DNA of 64,000 bases, taken from NCBI RefSeq assembly GCF_006345805.1, contig NC_042999.1, positions 133,114,001 through 133,178,000 of the forward strand, in the 5' to 3' direction. The position numbers were made by a program, and so were the translations under genes. Source of the stretch: Octopus sinensis (taxonomy: Eukaryota). The notes under the pieces were generated by a model. That model worked only from the letters and a program-made list of their open reading frames with translations. It was not told the origin of the DNA and ran no database searches. Each line of letters starts with the position of its first letter. The stretch's first letter is position 1. Positions 1-14,221 of the stretch are shown here, one piece after another.

Positions 1-512
1 TAACATATTCATTAAAGATTGATGGGTGTGATTTTTCCCATTCTTTTGTTTCAAAATAATGAGAAGAGACTTAAGAGATATTGCTAGCTTACTAAGTAAC
101 TTTTTAACACAACTATTGTATATTTGCCAGTCACAAACTTGCTTTTTCTCTCCTCCATGTCTCTTCTTTCTTTTTTTTATTTTAACGTCTCGATAGGACA
201 TATCTTACGTCTCCAACCTCTGTCAAATCGTAGCTGTAACTCCATGATCGATATGAGGATACATCCACAGACACTTCCATAATTTCAACTTTATTTACAT
301 TTCAGACTCATTATTATATACAGGCTTATTCATAAATCTGTAACACAGTCATTACTCATAAGCTCGCTATATTATATGGAGCAATTTTAAGAGAATTTAC
401 TCACCCCTAATAATAAACATTAATATATAGTGAGTTGTACTCTTTATAAACTCATGAACTAATGCCAAAGACTACATAAGTTATTGAAATGAATCCACTT
501 CACCAATATTTC

Positions 513-548
<36 letters not shown>

Positions 549-554
549 AAAAAG

Positions 555-720
555 ACCTATAAACTTCGCCTCATAGGCCCTGTTTCCCGGTTTCTGTGGC
601 GTATGTGTCCCCTCCAGCTGGACGGGACGCCAGTCCATCGCAACGTTACTCAAGAAACAGGAAGAGAGAGTGAGAGAAAGTTGTGGCGAAAGAGTACAAC
701 AGGGGTCGCCACCACCCACT
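555..720 (-). mobile_element. 3' part of tRNA-derived SINE (family C, same tail as the 61239 copy)
   Basis: Reverse complement matches the SINE tail at 61380-61460 (ctggacgggacgccagtccatcgc, gaaaccgggaaac). Confidence 0.6.
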
Positions 721-1348
721 GTGTGTGTGTGTGTATGTGTGTGTATACAAACATACATACATACATGTATATGTGTGTGTATAGTGAACAGCTACTGTAT
801 GCATACAGTAAAAGTTAACTGTAGTTGTGCATATATATATATATATATATATACATACACACAGCCACTCAATGAAATGGATCTTCGCTGTGTTCGACAA
901 TGTATATATAGTCGCGCAATTAACTACCTTCTCATTATCTTCTCACCGGATTAGCATATATGTGGTTGAGTATTTCGCGAACATGTGTTCCTTCAAAGTA
1001 ATCTTAATGCAGAATCAGAATGACGCACAATGCGAAAGAGCTTGAACTTTGAATTAAAAGTACAGTCCATAGGCAGGCTTCCACACAATTTCCGTCACTA
1101 CCCAATTTCATTCACACGAGTTACATCGACCCGAGAGAATGATAAAAAAAGTCACTCGTCCAAACTTTCATGCATATGAACCCGTGAACTCATGATTGTG
1201 AAATGGGTTTCTTAAGTGTTCAGCAATGCTGCTTCCGTTCGTATATCAACATGTGTGCATAAATGTGTGTTTACACTATATACACCATTACTCAGTATAC
1301 ATACATGTATACTTAAATACATACACACACACATATATGTATGCGTTA

Positions 1349-1393
<45 letters not shown>

Positions 1394-1589
1394 ATACATA
1401 TATGTATTGTGAATATTGAGTAATATATATATATATATTCACACACATAAATACGAAAACAGGAATTTATGTATAAAAATGTAATAATAATATGAATGAT
1501 AATCTATATTAACACGAAGTCAGGAGATTGCTGCCTAGAGATGTCAGGTTCAATTAGGGTATGCATACAGTAGCAGTTCCCTATGATTA

Positions 1590-1694
<105 letters not shown>

Positions 1695-4096
1695 GAGAAA
1701 TCCCTTATGTTAATCTCTCAGTTCATCTAATCTATCTATCTAACTATCTAACTATCTATCTATTTATCTACTTATTCGGCAACATGACAGAATATGTCTC
1801 ATCACATTATATCGTTGTAGATTTAACCGTTTTGTCCTGCAATCTGAGTTAAATAATCCACATGGTGGCCGGCATAAGATGACATAGGAGCTGATTTATT
1901 AAATATATCAATAAACCACGTCATTTTAATAAGAAACAGTAAAATAGAGGATATTTTGGCGGATATTCCTGATTTCATCAGTTCTCCATAACAACTTTCC
2001 TTTTCTATCAGTTAATATACACAGCATAACTGACTTCATTCATATAGTGGACTTCAGTAGGAGTTGAACCATGAAACATGAATCACTAAAATGTTTTTAA
2101 TGTACATCTGAAAGGAGGCTTTTTCTGTTTCGATGTTATTTGCGATAATATCGTTGCCAAGGCAGAACGGCCATTAGCAAGCTGTAATGATCGTGTTTAT
2201 ACGTAGGTTTTATTGATTTCAAATGAATAACCGGTGATATCGGTCATATATGAAAACTGAGATGAACCAAATTAAATACAGAAAACACATCTAGATATTC
2301 TTTTATTGGTTTTAGTATATGTACCTTGGTCATGTTGGAGCACATTCATCAAACGATTACGTGACCATAAGCATATAGGTTAATTTGTTTTGCTACCTAG
2401 TTGTATTTTAATAGCAGATCTGTGATCAAAGACGTTCTAGCCGTGACTTTCTCCTCTTTTCGTATATCAGTTACTACATTCTGTTTTGTATATACAATTA
2501 CTACATTATCTACTATGCCTTTCCTATTTTAGGATGGGTAATAGTAATATGAGAAAAATGTGACTAGTTTTTTTTCCCCAACATACTGGGGGACAGTATA
2601 GAGGCTCTTTCAGTTCGTTGTTAGTGAATGATTTATATAAATGCTTTATATGAACTATCTGAAAATTTAGGGGAAAGAGTAAGGATTTTTAAAAAAAACT
2701 TTTTAAATAATTTATTTCTTGGTACACAAGGAATGTCAATATAGTCAGCCGAGTGGACAGCGTAACTGAGACATTGTGAGATATTGATGGTTCGTATCAT
2801 GTCTCATTCGCAGTATCATGTCTCTGGTCAATATACTTAACATTTAATTTCAAAGACTATCTGTTTGTAGTAAATAAGTAATCGATTGCTTAAAGTGAGT
2901 CTTTGATGTAAGTAGAGGAATAACGATAAAATCGCCAACTAATCTATTTTCATTTCAGTAATACGGTTTTACTTGCTTACAGACCAAGTGGAAATATCAC
3001 TTCTTCCCTGACATTCAGATGAGAAACGACCGATGCCTTATATTTAACACTACTCACTGCATTAAATTTGAACAACTCTCCGATAAATTCTTTTTTTTGT
3101 TCGTCGTAGGTCTAGCCGTCTCTATTTCACATCTTTCAAGTGTAAATTAATATTCTATATAGAAATGTATAAACATTTTCTGTCTCATTGGCTCCGTGGG
3201 TCGCCAGTTGTTTATTGTTTTATTTATGTACTTTCTGTAATGTTATGAATATCGTAGATTCTCTGAAGCACCATTGAATATTTAGCATGTGTAATGCTGA
3301 GCAAGATGTTGGGTGAACTGAACTCAAAATTTACCATTTAAGGACTTTACTCTCAAAAACGAAACACAATTTTCAGAAGAAAAGATAAGGTTAAAATATA
3401 AAATTCGCCGATGTGCTAACGAATTTCCTCAACCGATAAGAGAATTTTGATATATTCCAGCATTTCTAGGGACGTTTACAGTAACCTAGGGCGCTATAAA
3501 CAACACATCCAACCTAAGTTAATAGTTAATTTATGCACAGCTCACCAGATTTTCCATACACCACTGGCTGTTTGGCCTGTATTATTCTAAATCGGTGTGA
3601 CTGATTTCCCGTCTAGCATTTGGCTTGGCTAACTGTCGCTAATGATCCGAGCACCGGTGAAATCATGAATCCGCTGGTTTTCTAGACGAATTTCGTCAGT
3701 CGAAAATAGAATTTCGGTGCTTTTTAGCATTTGTGTCATCTGCACAGTATAATTTTTCGGGACGTTTACAGCTGTCTAAGGCGTTATAAGCAACACATAT
3801 AAGCTAGGTCGGATGTTCTAATTTATATTCGTTGCAAAAGCATCTTGTATCGATAATAGCTAATTTATTAAATTTAGATATCTTGATAGAATAAGTTAGT
3901 GGATGGAATAAAGCATTTAAATCTGAAACTGAAAGAAAACAGCTTACGGACACGGGACGCAACTCTTTATATTTTATTGTTTAAAAAACTCATACACATA
4001 CTCTGAACATCTAAACATCATAACATTTTTCACTACCAGCCAATGAAGTAGCCTCTATATGATCGATTGCCCCTCTAAGAACATCAGTGAAATATA

Positions 4097-5359
4097 CAGG
4101 GGTTGGACTAAATAAAGGAAACACCTTAAAATTTCAAACAAATTTATTTTAATATGGGGTAGGACCGCTTTTGGCAGTAATTACAGTTTGAATTCTACAA
4201 GGTATGGACTCGTACAAAGTTTGAATTGTTTCCAAAGGAATTTTTGTCCATTCTTCAACTAAAACAGTCTCCATTTCTTAGTGATGATGGTGGAGGATAT
4301 CGACTCTTTACTTGTTTTTCTAAAATGCACCATAAATGTTCAACAATACTGAGATCTGGAGACTGTGGTGGCCAGATAAGATGTTCAACTTCACTAGAAT
4401 GTTTCTCGTGCCATTCAGTAACAAAATTAGTTGTGTGAATTTGTGCATTATCATCCTGAAAGATTGCGTCTCCCTCCGGAAATAGTTCTGCAACCATAAA
4501 ATGAATTTGATCAGAAAAAATGCTTAAATAGTCTTGACTAATTCTCCCATGAAAGGAAACTATTGGGTCGGCAGATTTCCAAGATATAGCCCCCACCAGA
4601 TCATCACAGATCCTCCTTCATGTTTAACAGTTGGAAGAAGGCAGTCTGGATCAAATGCTTCTTTTCGCTGTCTCCACACATATACTCGGCCGGTGTCGGA
4701 AATAAAGGATGACTCGTCCGAGTAAATAACATTCTTCCACTGCTCTAGGGACCAATTCTGTAGGTTTTTACTCCACTTTAAACGCTTTGCAATGTTTGTT
4801 TTTGAGAGTAGTGGTTTTCTTATTGCAGCCCTTCCGTGAAATTCGGCTTTGTGCAGCTCCCGGAAAACAGTTTTTGTGGAAACTGAGTTCTCGAAGTGGT
4901 CATAAAGCTCTGCAGTAAGTTTGGGAGCAATACTTTTGTGATCCTTTCTAACAATTCGCGTAAGATTCCGAGGGTCCTAATCTGAAAGTTTTAGTTGTCT
5001 TCCGGAGTTTTGTTTCGACGAGGAGGATTTTCCCTTTTTTCAAAGGCTGTCATTACTTTCAAGACAGTACTTCTTGATACATCAAACATTTCATCTGTTT
5101 TCGTTATGCTAGCGCCTGCCATACGAACACCAACAACTTGACATCTTTGAAAGTCCGATATATCTGCCATTTTGATGAATTTTAATTACCTTTTTCTGAT
5201 GATATCTGAAAAGAAATAGCAATTTTAGCAAAACATATTAAGCAACACTAATAATAAATCAAAAAACATAAAAATAAAAAAGCTTTTGACGGTTTTATAG
5301 ATATTTCAAAATTATGATGTTATGATGCTAGGTGTTTCCATTATTTTGTCCAACCCCTG
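4097..5359 (-). mobile_element. Full-length Tc1-like DNA transposon, DD36E (Incomer-like)
   Basis: About 29-bp TIRs CAGGGGTTGGACTAAATAAAGGAAACACC / CAGGGGTTGGACAAAATAATGGAAACACC (2 mismatches); TA TSD at 4095-4096 and 5360-5361; 1263 bp. Confidence 0.93.
4149..5170 (-). pseudogene. Tc1-family transposase (about 340 aa, frameshifted), DD36E triad
   Basis: MADISDFQRCQVVGVRMAGASITK N-terminus, YSDES, FQDDNAQIH, WPPQSPDLSIVEHLW, ends SGPTPY*; 36 residues between second D and E. Confidence 0.9.
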
Positions 5360-6162
5360 TATGTCTCATGAAATTCAACTGCTTAAAATGAAAGAGCAAA
5401 TTGAAAAAGGTGATATCCTAGATACAGTGTGTCTGAAATATATGTCTATATAAACATATATCATGATGGTCACATATGGAAAGATTTTTCTTCCTAAATC
5501 TACTCGATCAGATTTGACTTGTAGCTAGCGACAGTTGTCTTACATCAACTTTGAACATTTAAATGATGCAGAATTACAAGATCAGGGATATTAGCCGACC
5601 ATACAAACCCGGTTCGTCGATGTGATATGATCTAAATAAATAAATAAATAAATTGACGTATGAGAAGCCAACAACCTCCTTCGTTTACTGTAACTCTCCT
5701 GCACCCCAACATAGAAAAAGAAAAGTGTGTGTTTTTGTAAACTGCCAAGAATATTCCCCTGTAACTGTTGCTTGTCAAATCGAAGTCTAGATAGCTAACT
5801 GACAAATACAGTGGTTTACTTGATAAATGTGTATTTTATCCATGAAAGTCGGGTTAATTGTTAACATCATATTGAGAAGATTCAGTTGATTTTCTCACAA
5901 ACTTACCCATCTAAACAGCTGTCTACATTAATATTCTTTAATACGGAGATATCAGTTTTCAGCACCGACCATACTTAACACAATTATATACACATCAAAT
6001 GTTTCTAACACAATTCTCCATAGATCAAATACCCATAAAAATAACTATATATACACCAACTGTATGTAACGAAATTACATACAGACCAATTGCGTTATGC
6101 ATAATTGTTCTATTTGCATACGTCTTGCTGTCTCTTTCTCCATACATACATACACACATAAA

Positions 6163-6235
<73 letters not shown>

Positions 6236-6639
6236 TTATTTATACACAAAGACACACACACACGTGTGTGTGTATCTGTGTGTATAAATATGCTGTGCGT
6301 GTATGTGTGTATGTATAAAATTCACCATATTACATACAGACCAATTGTGTTTCACTGAATTGCTTTATACACCTCCGTCTTCCTACCTCTTTCTACATAC
6401 TCACAAAATACACACATGCGCACAGTGACACATACGCACTTATATACATGTACGTTCACATACATACGTGCGCGCGCATAAATATACATACAAATATATA
6501 TATATATATATGTACTTATGTGTGTGACGGTATGGGCGTTTGTGTTTTCTTGTGTGTGCACCAAATACATATAAAAGATTAATTAACGAACAATCAAAAT
6601 ATAGCAATGCAGACTGAATGATTTATTCTTTTATACTCT

Positions 6640-7027
6640 CGGCACAACACCCGAAATTTTTGAGGAAGGGGTCCAGTCGATTTGATCGACCCCACTATGC
6701 AACTGGTACTTAATTTTTCGACTCCTGGAAGGATGAATGGCAAAGTCGACCTCGGCGAAATTTGAACTCAGAACATAAAGATTGACGAAATACCTATTTC
6801 TTTACTACCCACAAGGGGCTAAACACAGAGGGGACAAACAAGGACAGACAAACGGATTAAGTCGATTACATCGACCCCAGTACGTAACTGGTACTTAATT
6901 TATCGACCCCGAAAGGATGAAAGGCAAAGTCGACCTCGGCGGAATTTGAACTCAGAACGTAACGGCAGACGAAATACGGCTACGCATTTCGCCTGGCGTG
7001 CTAATGTTTCTGCCAGCTCGCCGCCTC
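6640..7027 (-). mobile_element. tRNA-derived SINE family A (head plus tandem body)
   Basis: Head ggcggcgagctggcagaaacattagcacgcc, B box gttctgagttcaaattcc, core gcctttcatcctttcggggtcgat; body restarts at ggtatttcgtc near 6795. Confidence 0.85.
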
Positions 7028-7280
7028 AAACTGAGAGATTTATTGCTTATAGATTTTGCATTGTGGTTTAAAAGTATTTTTCAGACCTAATGAGTTCTTC
7101 GGGATTTCCCACTTGAACTTTCTCGGCCACTCTTGCCTGAACCGTCATTAACATTGCAAGATTTCTGTGTCGTTTCCAAGATATGTTAGTTCTCTCTGAA
7201 CGTATGTCACTTATATATTCCAGCCACTAGTTTTCTCTGAGACCGGCCACATTCCACTTTGTATATATTTACAAGCATGC

Positions 7281-7340
<60 letters not shown>

Positions 7341-7725
7341 GTTATTAATAAAGCTGCAAAGATATCACAAGATCTGTTACTCAGAGTTTCATGTCCTGGT
7401 TCGTCAGATATCTGAACCAAGACTGTTCGATGTACGGAAGCTCTGAGTAACAGTTTTTGTGATGTCTTTGAAGGTTTGTTAATAAAGCATATTACTCTAC
7501 CTCCGGTATTCGGAGTTTAAATTCCGCCGAAGTCGACTTTGCCTTTCATCCTTTCGGGGTCGATTAAATAACTACCAGTTATGCACTGGGGTCGATATAA
7601 TCGACTTAATCCGTTTGTCCTTGTTTGTCCTCCCTGTGTTTAGCCCCTTGTGGGTAGTAAAGAAATACGTATCCGAGTACTATTTTTTCCACCTTGTTTC
7701 ACATTTACATGTTTATTCTGGTAAT
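7341..7725. mobile_element. Degenerate fold-back element with decayed hammerhead core, interrupted by a SINE; same family as 50368-50535
   Basis: Inverted arms about 7342-7390 and 7437-7486; minus strand CTGACGA-accaggacat-GAAAC-tctga-GTA at 7378-7407; (TA)n on both flanks. Confidence 0.7.
7510..7667 (+). mobile_element. 5'-truncated SINE family A inserted in the fold-back tail
   Basis: SINE core and 3' end gggtagtaaagaaata; approximate TSD gtattcggag / gtatccgag. Confidence 0.8.
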
Positions 7726-7729
7726 ATAT

Positions 7730-7780
<51 letters not shown>

Positions 7781-8435
7781 CCTCTTATTGGGTTGTGGCT
7801 ATGCTGGAGCATCATTTTCAAAGGACATAGTCGACCTCACTACTTATTTTTGTAAGCCTGGTACTTATTTGACCCGCCTGTTTTGCCGAACCACTGATCT
7901 TATGCAGACCTAAACAAACTAATGTAGGTTCTCAATGGGTGACGTTAAAACAAACACAAAAATACACCTCACATGCGGGTGCATACGCGTATACACGCGC
8001 GCACACACAAGCATATATGCATTTTTGCAATGGGCTTATATATATATATATTTTCATGGTTGGTCAAAAGTCACTTGACATAAATCAAAACTATTCAATT
8101 GCAATATTTATTTATGCTTAACAACTGAATGAATTTAATAAAAGCATCTAAATATGAAACACTATGAAAATTCTTCAAACTGTCCTTCTTGAGCAACACA
8201 TATTTTCATTCGAGTCAATACAGAATTACAGATTTATGGAATTTTGATTTACTGTCGGGTGACTTTTGGCCAACGTGTATATATATATATTATATATATA
8301 TATATATAATATATATATGTATATATGTATGTATGTATGCATATATATATATATGTATATGTATGTATATACATATATATAAACATATATATATATGTAT
8401 ATGTATGTATATACATATATATAAACATATATATA

Positions 8436-8499
<64 letters not shown>

Positions 8500-9317
8500 C
8501 AATAAATGGTGGGGTTGTGTTGACCGCACGTGGAGAAATGATAAGCAAGGAAAAATTGTAAAAATGCAGAATGCTAATTTGAAAGAAAATTTTAATGAAA
8601 TGAGAAATTGATAAAATATATAAATATATATTTATTCAAACCGGTTTTCGTCATAGTTTGACTTATCAAGAATAGTTAGGTGAAAAAGTTGGGCTTCTCT
8701 CAGTTTCTTTCAGTTTCTGAGTACAAATTTCACTCACAAGGCATTGGTCGGCACAGGTCATAGTAGAAGATATTTGCCCATCATGTTAGTTCTTCTACTT
8801 CACCTCCTACGCTTCCTCCTCTTCCTCTTTTTTCTTCTTTTTCTTCCTCACTTTCTCCACTTCCTCTTCCTCCTTCTTTTTCTTATATGGAATTCCAATT
8901 ATATATGTGTCCTGTCCTCTTACCATGTTTATTCTTATTTCATACTTAATGTTTTCTCTCGATATAAACAATATATAACGTTTAAGAGACGCACATTATA
9001 ATATACGTCTGATGAAGTGGCACTCAAATGTACGAAACCGAATATATTACGCAACTTTGCACATGAAATTTTTACTTGCAATGGCGTTAAAGACAGAATA
9101 GCACGGAAACAATTGTATCTAGTCATTAAAGACATACTAAACTCTATATATTTTGCTCTTCACTTGAATAACACTTTGGATTTGCTTGTGTGATTCATGG
9201 ATTATCTACACTGACGGAATTTCGATCTTCCTTGATACTTTAATTCAAAGGCTTGGAGCTCCGGGTAAGAAGCGCATTTGAACAATTCCGATTTTCTACA
9301 CTTTCAGTATCATAGCA

Positions 9318-9367
<50 letters not shown>

Positions 9368-9982
9368 TGTGTGTGTATTAAGGCTACCATTGGTTTCATG
9401 CCTTTATAGAAAAATAAAGAAATTTTATCCACCAATGCGGTGTTGAGCACACATTCTCATTGTTCGACATTTACGTGTATAAGTGTGTGTGTGTCTGCGC
9501 GCGTGTGCTTATGTATGTATGTATATATATATATATAGTTCAGATTTTTATAAAACAAAAGACGAAGACAGATGAAGGAACAACAAGCAGGTGTATTGTG
9601 TTAACGCTCAGGAAGAATGGTAAAGCCTTTGAGGTTTCGACCCTCCGCTCTTCGACAGAAAGGATTAATAGGAAAAACAAAACGCAAGGAGAAAAAATAT
9701 TTAGGTATTATACATATATTTACGTAAAAAAAAAATATATATATATGTACACACACGCACTCACACTGTCATACACTCACTGACATACACACGTACACAC
9801 ACACACACATATTGAGAGTGTTGCCTGTCGGATATTCACGGGCCGGTTCCTTTTTTCAGCTTACGAGGTAGCCAGTCTGATGTTCAAATTAGACAGCTTT
9901 CTTTAAGCTCTGATAAGGTTTCTATTACTGCAATAGTAATGCAAGGATAAAGAAGGGTATAGAGGCGGGCTAATAATTAAGA

Positions 9983-10236
9983 AGATACGATAAAAACGCA
10001 AAATGGAAGAATAAGGCTTGTACAATATATTGTTCAAGCAAAAGAAGTAAAACAATAAAGTAGCTGCAGTAGTAAAAGTAGCAGCAGTAGTAAAAGTAGT
10101 GTAGTAGTAGTAAGTAGTAGTAGTAAGTAGTAGATACGATAAAAACGCAAAATGGAAGTAGCTTGTACAATTATTGTTCAAGCAAAAAGTAAAACAATAA
10201 AGTAGCTAGTAGTAAAAGTAGCAGCAGTAGTAAAGT

Positions 10237-10284
<48 letters not shown>

Positions 10285-10400
10285 ATACGATAAAAACGCA
10301 AAATGGAAGAATAAGGCTTGTACAATATATTGTTCAAGCAAAAGAAGTAAAACAATAAAGTAGCTGCAGTAGTAAAAGTAGCAGCAGTAGTAAAAGTAGT
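9983..10400 (+). repeat. Three tandem copies of an about 150-bp unit ending in (TAG)n
   Basis: agatacgataaaaacgcaaaatggaag recurs at 9983, 10132 and 10283. Confidence 0.85.
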
Positions 10401-10556
10401 AGTAGTAGTAGTAGTAGTAGAAATAGTTGTAGTAGCAGCAGCAGCAGCGGCGACAGTAGTTGTAGTAGTAGTAGTAGCAGCAGCGGCAGTAGTTGTAGTA
10501 GTAGTAGTATTAGCAGCAGCAGCGGCAGTAGTTGTAGTAGTAGTAGTATTAGCAGC

Positions 10557-10885
10557 GTGAGGGCGCGTGGCTTAGTGGTTAGGGCATTCGGCTCATGATC
10601 GTAAGGTTGTGAGTTCGATTCCCGGCGACGCGTTGTGTCCTTGAGCAAGACACTTTATTTCACGTTGCTCCAGTCCACTCAGCTGGCAAAAATGAGTTGT
10701 ACTTGTATTTCAAAGGGTCAGCCTTGTCACTCTCTGTGTCACGCTGATTATCCCCGAGAACTACGTTAAGGGTACACGTGTCTGTGGAATGCTCAGCCAT
10801 TTGCACGTTAATTTCACGAGCAAGCTGTTCCGTTGATCGTATCAGCTGGGACCCTCGTCGTCGTAACCGGCGGAGTCTTTTAAGA
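10557..10885 (+). mobile_element. Full-length tRNA-derived SINE family C
   Basis: A box tggcttagtgg, B box gagttcgattcc, central gtgtccttgagcaagacacttt; 12-bp flanking direct repeat agtattagcagc (10545-10556, 10886-10897). Confidence 0.85.
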
Positions 10886-10913
10886 AGTATTAGCAGCAGC
10901 AGCGGCAGTAGTT

Positions 10914-10970
<57 letters not shown>

Positions 10971-11060
10971 ATTTTTGTTGTTCTGAAATGTAATTGAAGT
11001 TGTGCAATGAGGATAAGGAGAAAACGAAAGCAGAGGAAAGAAAAAAGTAAATAAAATTAA

Positions 11061-11225
11061 ACAAGAAGAAGAAGAAGAAGAAGAAGATGATGATGATGAA
11101 GAAGAAGAAGAAGAGAAGAAGAAGAAGAAGAAGAAAAAGAAGAAGAAGAAGAAGAAGTAGAAGAAGAAGAAGAAGAAGAAGAAGAAGAAGAAGAGAAGAA
11201 GAAGAAGAAGAAGAAGAAGAAGAAA
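11061..11225 (+). repeat. (GAA)n microsatellite
   Basis: Direct reading. Confidence 0.95.
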
Positions 11226-12050
11226 TGAGGCAGAGAAGAAAATAAAGAAGGAGGGGAGGAGGAGAACGAGTAAAAAGTAACAGCAACGACTACAGTTCTC
11301 AAAACAAGAACAATATGACGAAGAATTGGTGTGTAGAAATAGCTGTAGAGCAAGTTGGATGATATGAGAAATGGTGAAAGAGATGAAAGGATTCAGTCGA
11401 GTTAAACGAAAATGGGGATGCGGGTAGGTTGGAGGTGTTGTAACTAACAAACTAGGGGAGATAACAACATAGCATAGTCGCCATTGCTTAGTTAAGGTAA
11501 GTCAATGAAAGTTGACATTTACAGCGTTCTTCGATGGAGATCTCCTATCTCGCGTCAGCATCATTTAGCCTCCATTTTAATTCTCGCATCTCTTACACAC
11601 ACACATGTATATTTATAAAGATATAATACGCATATAGCTGGAACTCTTTCTCTCTATTTTTACATATTCATACGCATACATGTTGTATAAACACTTCCTA
11701 CTGCCTACCCACACTTTTGTATCTGATTTTTCAGTCTAATTTATAATGCTGTTTAGATTATTCTTGGTCTTTTGTCTAATGTCACCTTTCGTACAGTACT
11801 CTACCCATTCTCTCGCTTTCTGTGTGTGTGTGTATGCGTGTCTATGCACGCGCGCGTGCGTGAGCATGTATGTGCGCTTCTTTGCGCGTGTGTGTACGTA
11901 TGCATGTATTTATGAAATGTAAATATTAGAAACCCTCACATAGATATATTTATACTTACATACATTTAAGTACGCACACACATTTGCCCACGTACGTATA
12001 CACACATATACACGCGTGTATATATATACATATATATATTTATATATATT

Positions 12051-12081
<31 letters not shown>

Positions 12082-12105
12082 TTATATATATATATTTATA
12101 TATAT

Positions 12106-12152
<47 letters not shown>

Positions 12153-12254
12153 TCATGCACCTATAGACATGTATGTGCATATGAGCAGTTGAACCTCATT
12201 ATTATATGTTAATACAAAAAAGGAAAGAATCACAGAAAGATATCCATGGAAAGG

Positions 12255-12322
<68 letters not shown>

Positions 12323-12927
12323 GACAGACAGGCAGAAAGCGTTTCACTAAAAATAGGGAATTTTAATCTTTTCAATTCCATGAGCCGTTAAATTTTTTTC
12401 CCGTGATATTAAAATCTTTGAGCAAAAAAGTTATCGAAAATTATTTCATTGATTAGGTTGTTGTTGTTGTTGATGATTATGATGACGATGAGACTGATGA
12501 TGCCGATGATAAAGGGAAATGTCGAGCACAGACATATTTCTTGCAGTTCCTGACTAAATCAATTTATAAAACTCAATAATAACACCGATCCGGCCATGTG
12601 TAATTTCAAATAAATAATATAATTAAGTTTCAACATTATTATAAACCTCAGTTTGAGACACAAAAGAACAACAGCACTAAGGACCGGACTCGGACCAATA
12701 TCTACCACTAATTATTTGTCAGACGAACCGCCTAAAAGGTCAAACTAATTTTTGGTCATTTGTTAACACGGTTTCCTGGATGACCATAGCTTCTTAATCT
12801 TAGTAATATGGGCTTGTTATACCCACAACGATTTGCACTGAAACTTTCAGTTAATTCGAAAGCTTTCGTAAAATTACAGAGGGTTAATTAATAAAGTAAA
12901 AATAAAACATTTTGAGGCGTTTATATA

Positions 12928-14221
12928 TTGGGTTGGCAACTAAGTTCCCGTCGTTCTTTTTAAATTTTGGAATTTATTGCGTTTTTAAATTTTGGAATCT
13001 ATTTTTTTCAAGAATTCTATTTTTGAATCATTTTGTAATCTATTTTGTGTTTTTCTTTTCTAGTTAATTTTAGTTAATTATTGTTTATTTTCACATCATT
13101 AAAGTGGAATGTCAAGTGAAGAAAAACGAGCATTCGACACCTTCTTTTTGCTTTTAATCAAGGTTCTGAGGCCACAAAAGCTGTTCGCGACATTTGTGCT
13201 GTGTATGGAGAGGGTGCCATAGCTGAAAAAACCGCTCGTGATTGGTATGCCAAGTTCAAAAATGGAAATTTTGACCTCAAAGACGCACCTCGTTCTGGCC
13301 GTCCAGTTCAGTTCATGAAGAGCGATTAAGCCAAATTTTGCACGAAAATTCTCCTCAAACGACAAGGGAACTGGCAGAAAAAATGGAACTCTCCCACACT
13401 GCTATAGAGAAGCATTTTCACTCGATGGGAAAGGTTCAGAAGTATGGAGCATGGGTTCCGCATGCTTTAAGTGACAACAACAAAAATCAACGAGCTACAA
13501 TCTCCGCTGGTTTGCTTGCTCGTCATCGCTCAACTCGTGGACACAAGCAACGATTTCTTTACCGAATCGTTTCTGGCGACGATAATTGATGCCTGTACAT
13601 CAATATGAAGCAGCGTATGGAATGGCTTAGCCCCGGTAAACAAGCGACACCGTGCGTGAAACAAGATCTTCATCCGCGTAAAACGATGTTGTGCGTATGG
13701 TGGGACTGGGAAGGGATTATTCATTACGAATTGTTTGAACTGAACCAAACGGTCAACGCCGAACTCTATGTCCAACTGATGGAACGACTCAACACGCCTA
13801 TTCAAGAGAAAAGACCTAATCGTCAGCATGGAGTTCTTCTGCTGCACGACAACGCCCGCCCTCATATCGCCAATATGTCTAAGGAAGCCATTCAAATGCA
13901 TGGCTTGGAAGTGCTGCCACACCCGCCGTACTTTCCTAATTTGGCACCAACGGATTTCCACCTTTTTCGATCGCTTTCAAATGCTATGCGCGGTGTTTCG
14001 TTCAATACTGATGCAGAATTGAGAGCTTGTTTGGATTAATTTTTTGCAGTTGAAATCGGGTGATTTCTGCCAACGAGGTATTGAAAATCTTGTTGAAATT
14101 TGGGAAGAAGTTGTAAACAACAAGGGTGAACACATTATTGATTAATAAGTTGTTATTTTTTATTAAACCTTTTAAAAAATTTGAATTTAAAAAAACGGCG
14201 GGAACTTAGTTGCCAACCCAA
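12928..14221 (+). mobile_element. Full-length mariner (DD34D) transposon
   Basis: TIRs TTGGGTTGGCAACTAAGTTCCCG at both ends; TA TSD 12926-12927 and 14222-14223; 1294 bp. Confidence 0.95.
13104..14145 (+). pseudogene. Mariner transposase, disrupted (GTG start, frameshifts, stops)
   Basis: DAPRSGRP, WVPHAL, IVSGDDN*, HDNARPH, HPPYFPNLAPTDFHLF (D34D), ends KGEHIID*. Confidence 0.92.

Noticed and set aside
9009-9050. CTGATGA...GAAAC hammerhead-like core
   Set aside because: No NUH triplet or helix I complement follows (gaaaccgaata); at best a decayed remnant
9540-9730. TA-flanked element with gtcgaaga...gaaac on the minus strand
   Set aside because: Core is non-canonical and helices do not close; probably a related repeat but not supportable as a ribozyme
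10557-10630. tRNA-like A/B boxes in SINE heads (also 45650-45710, 61240-61310)
   Set aside because: No complete cloverleaf; they continue into SINE bodies, so these are not tRNA genes
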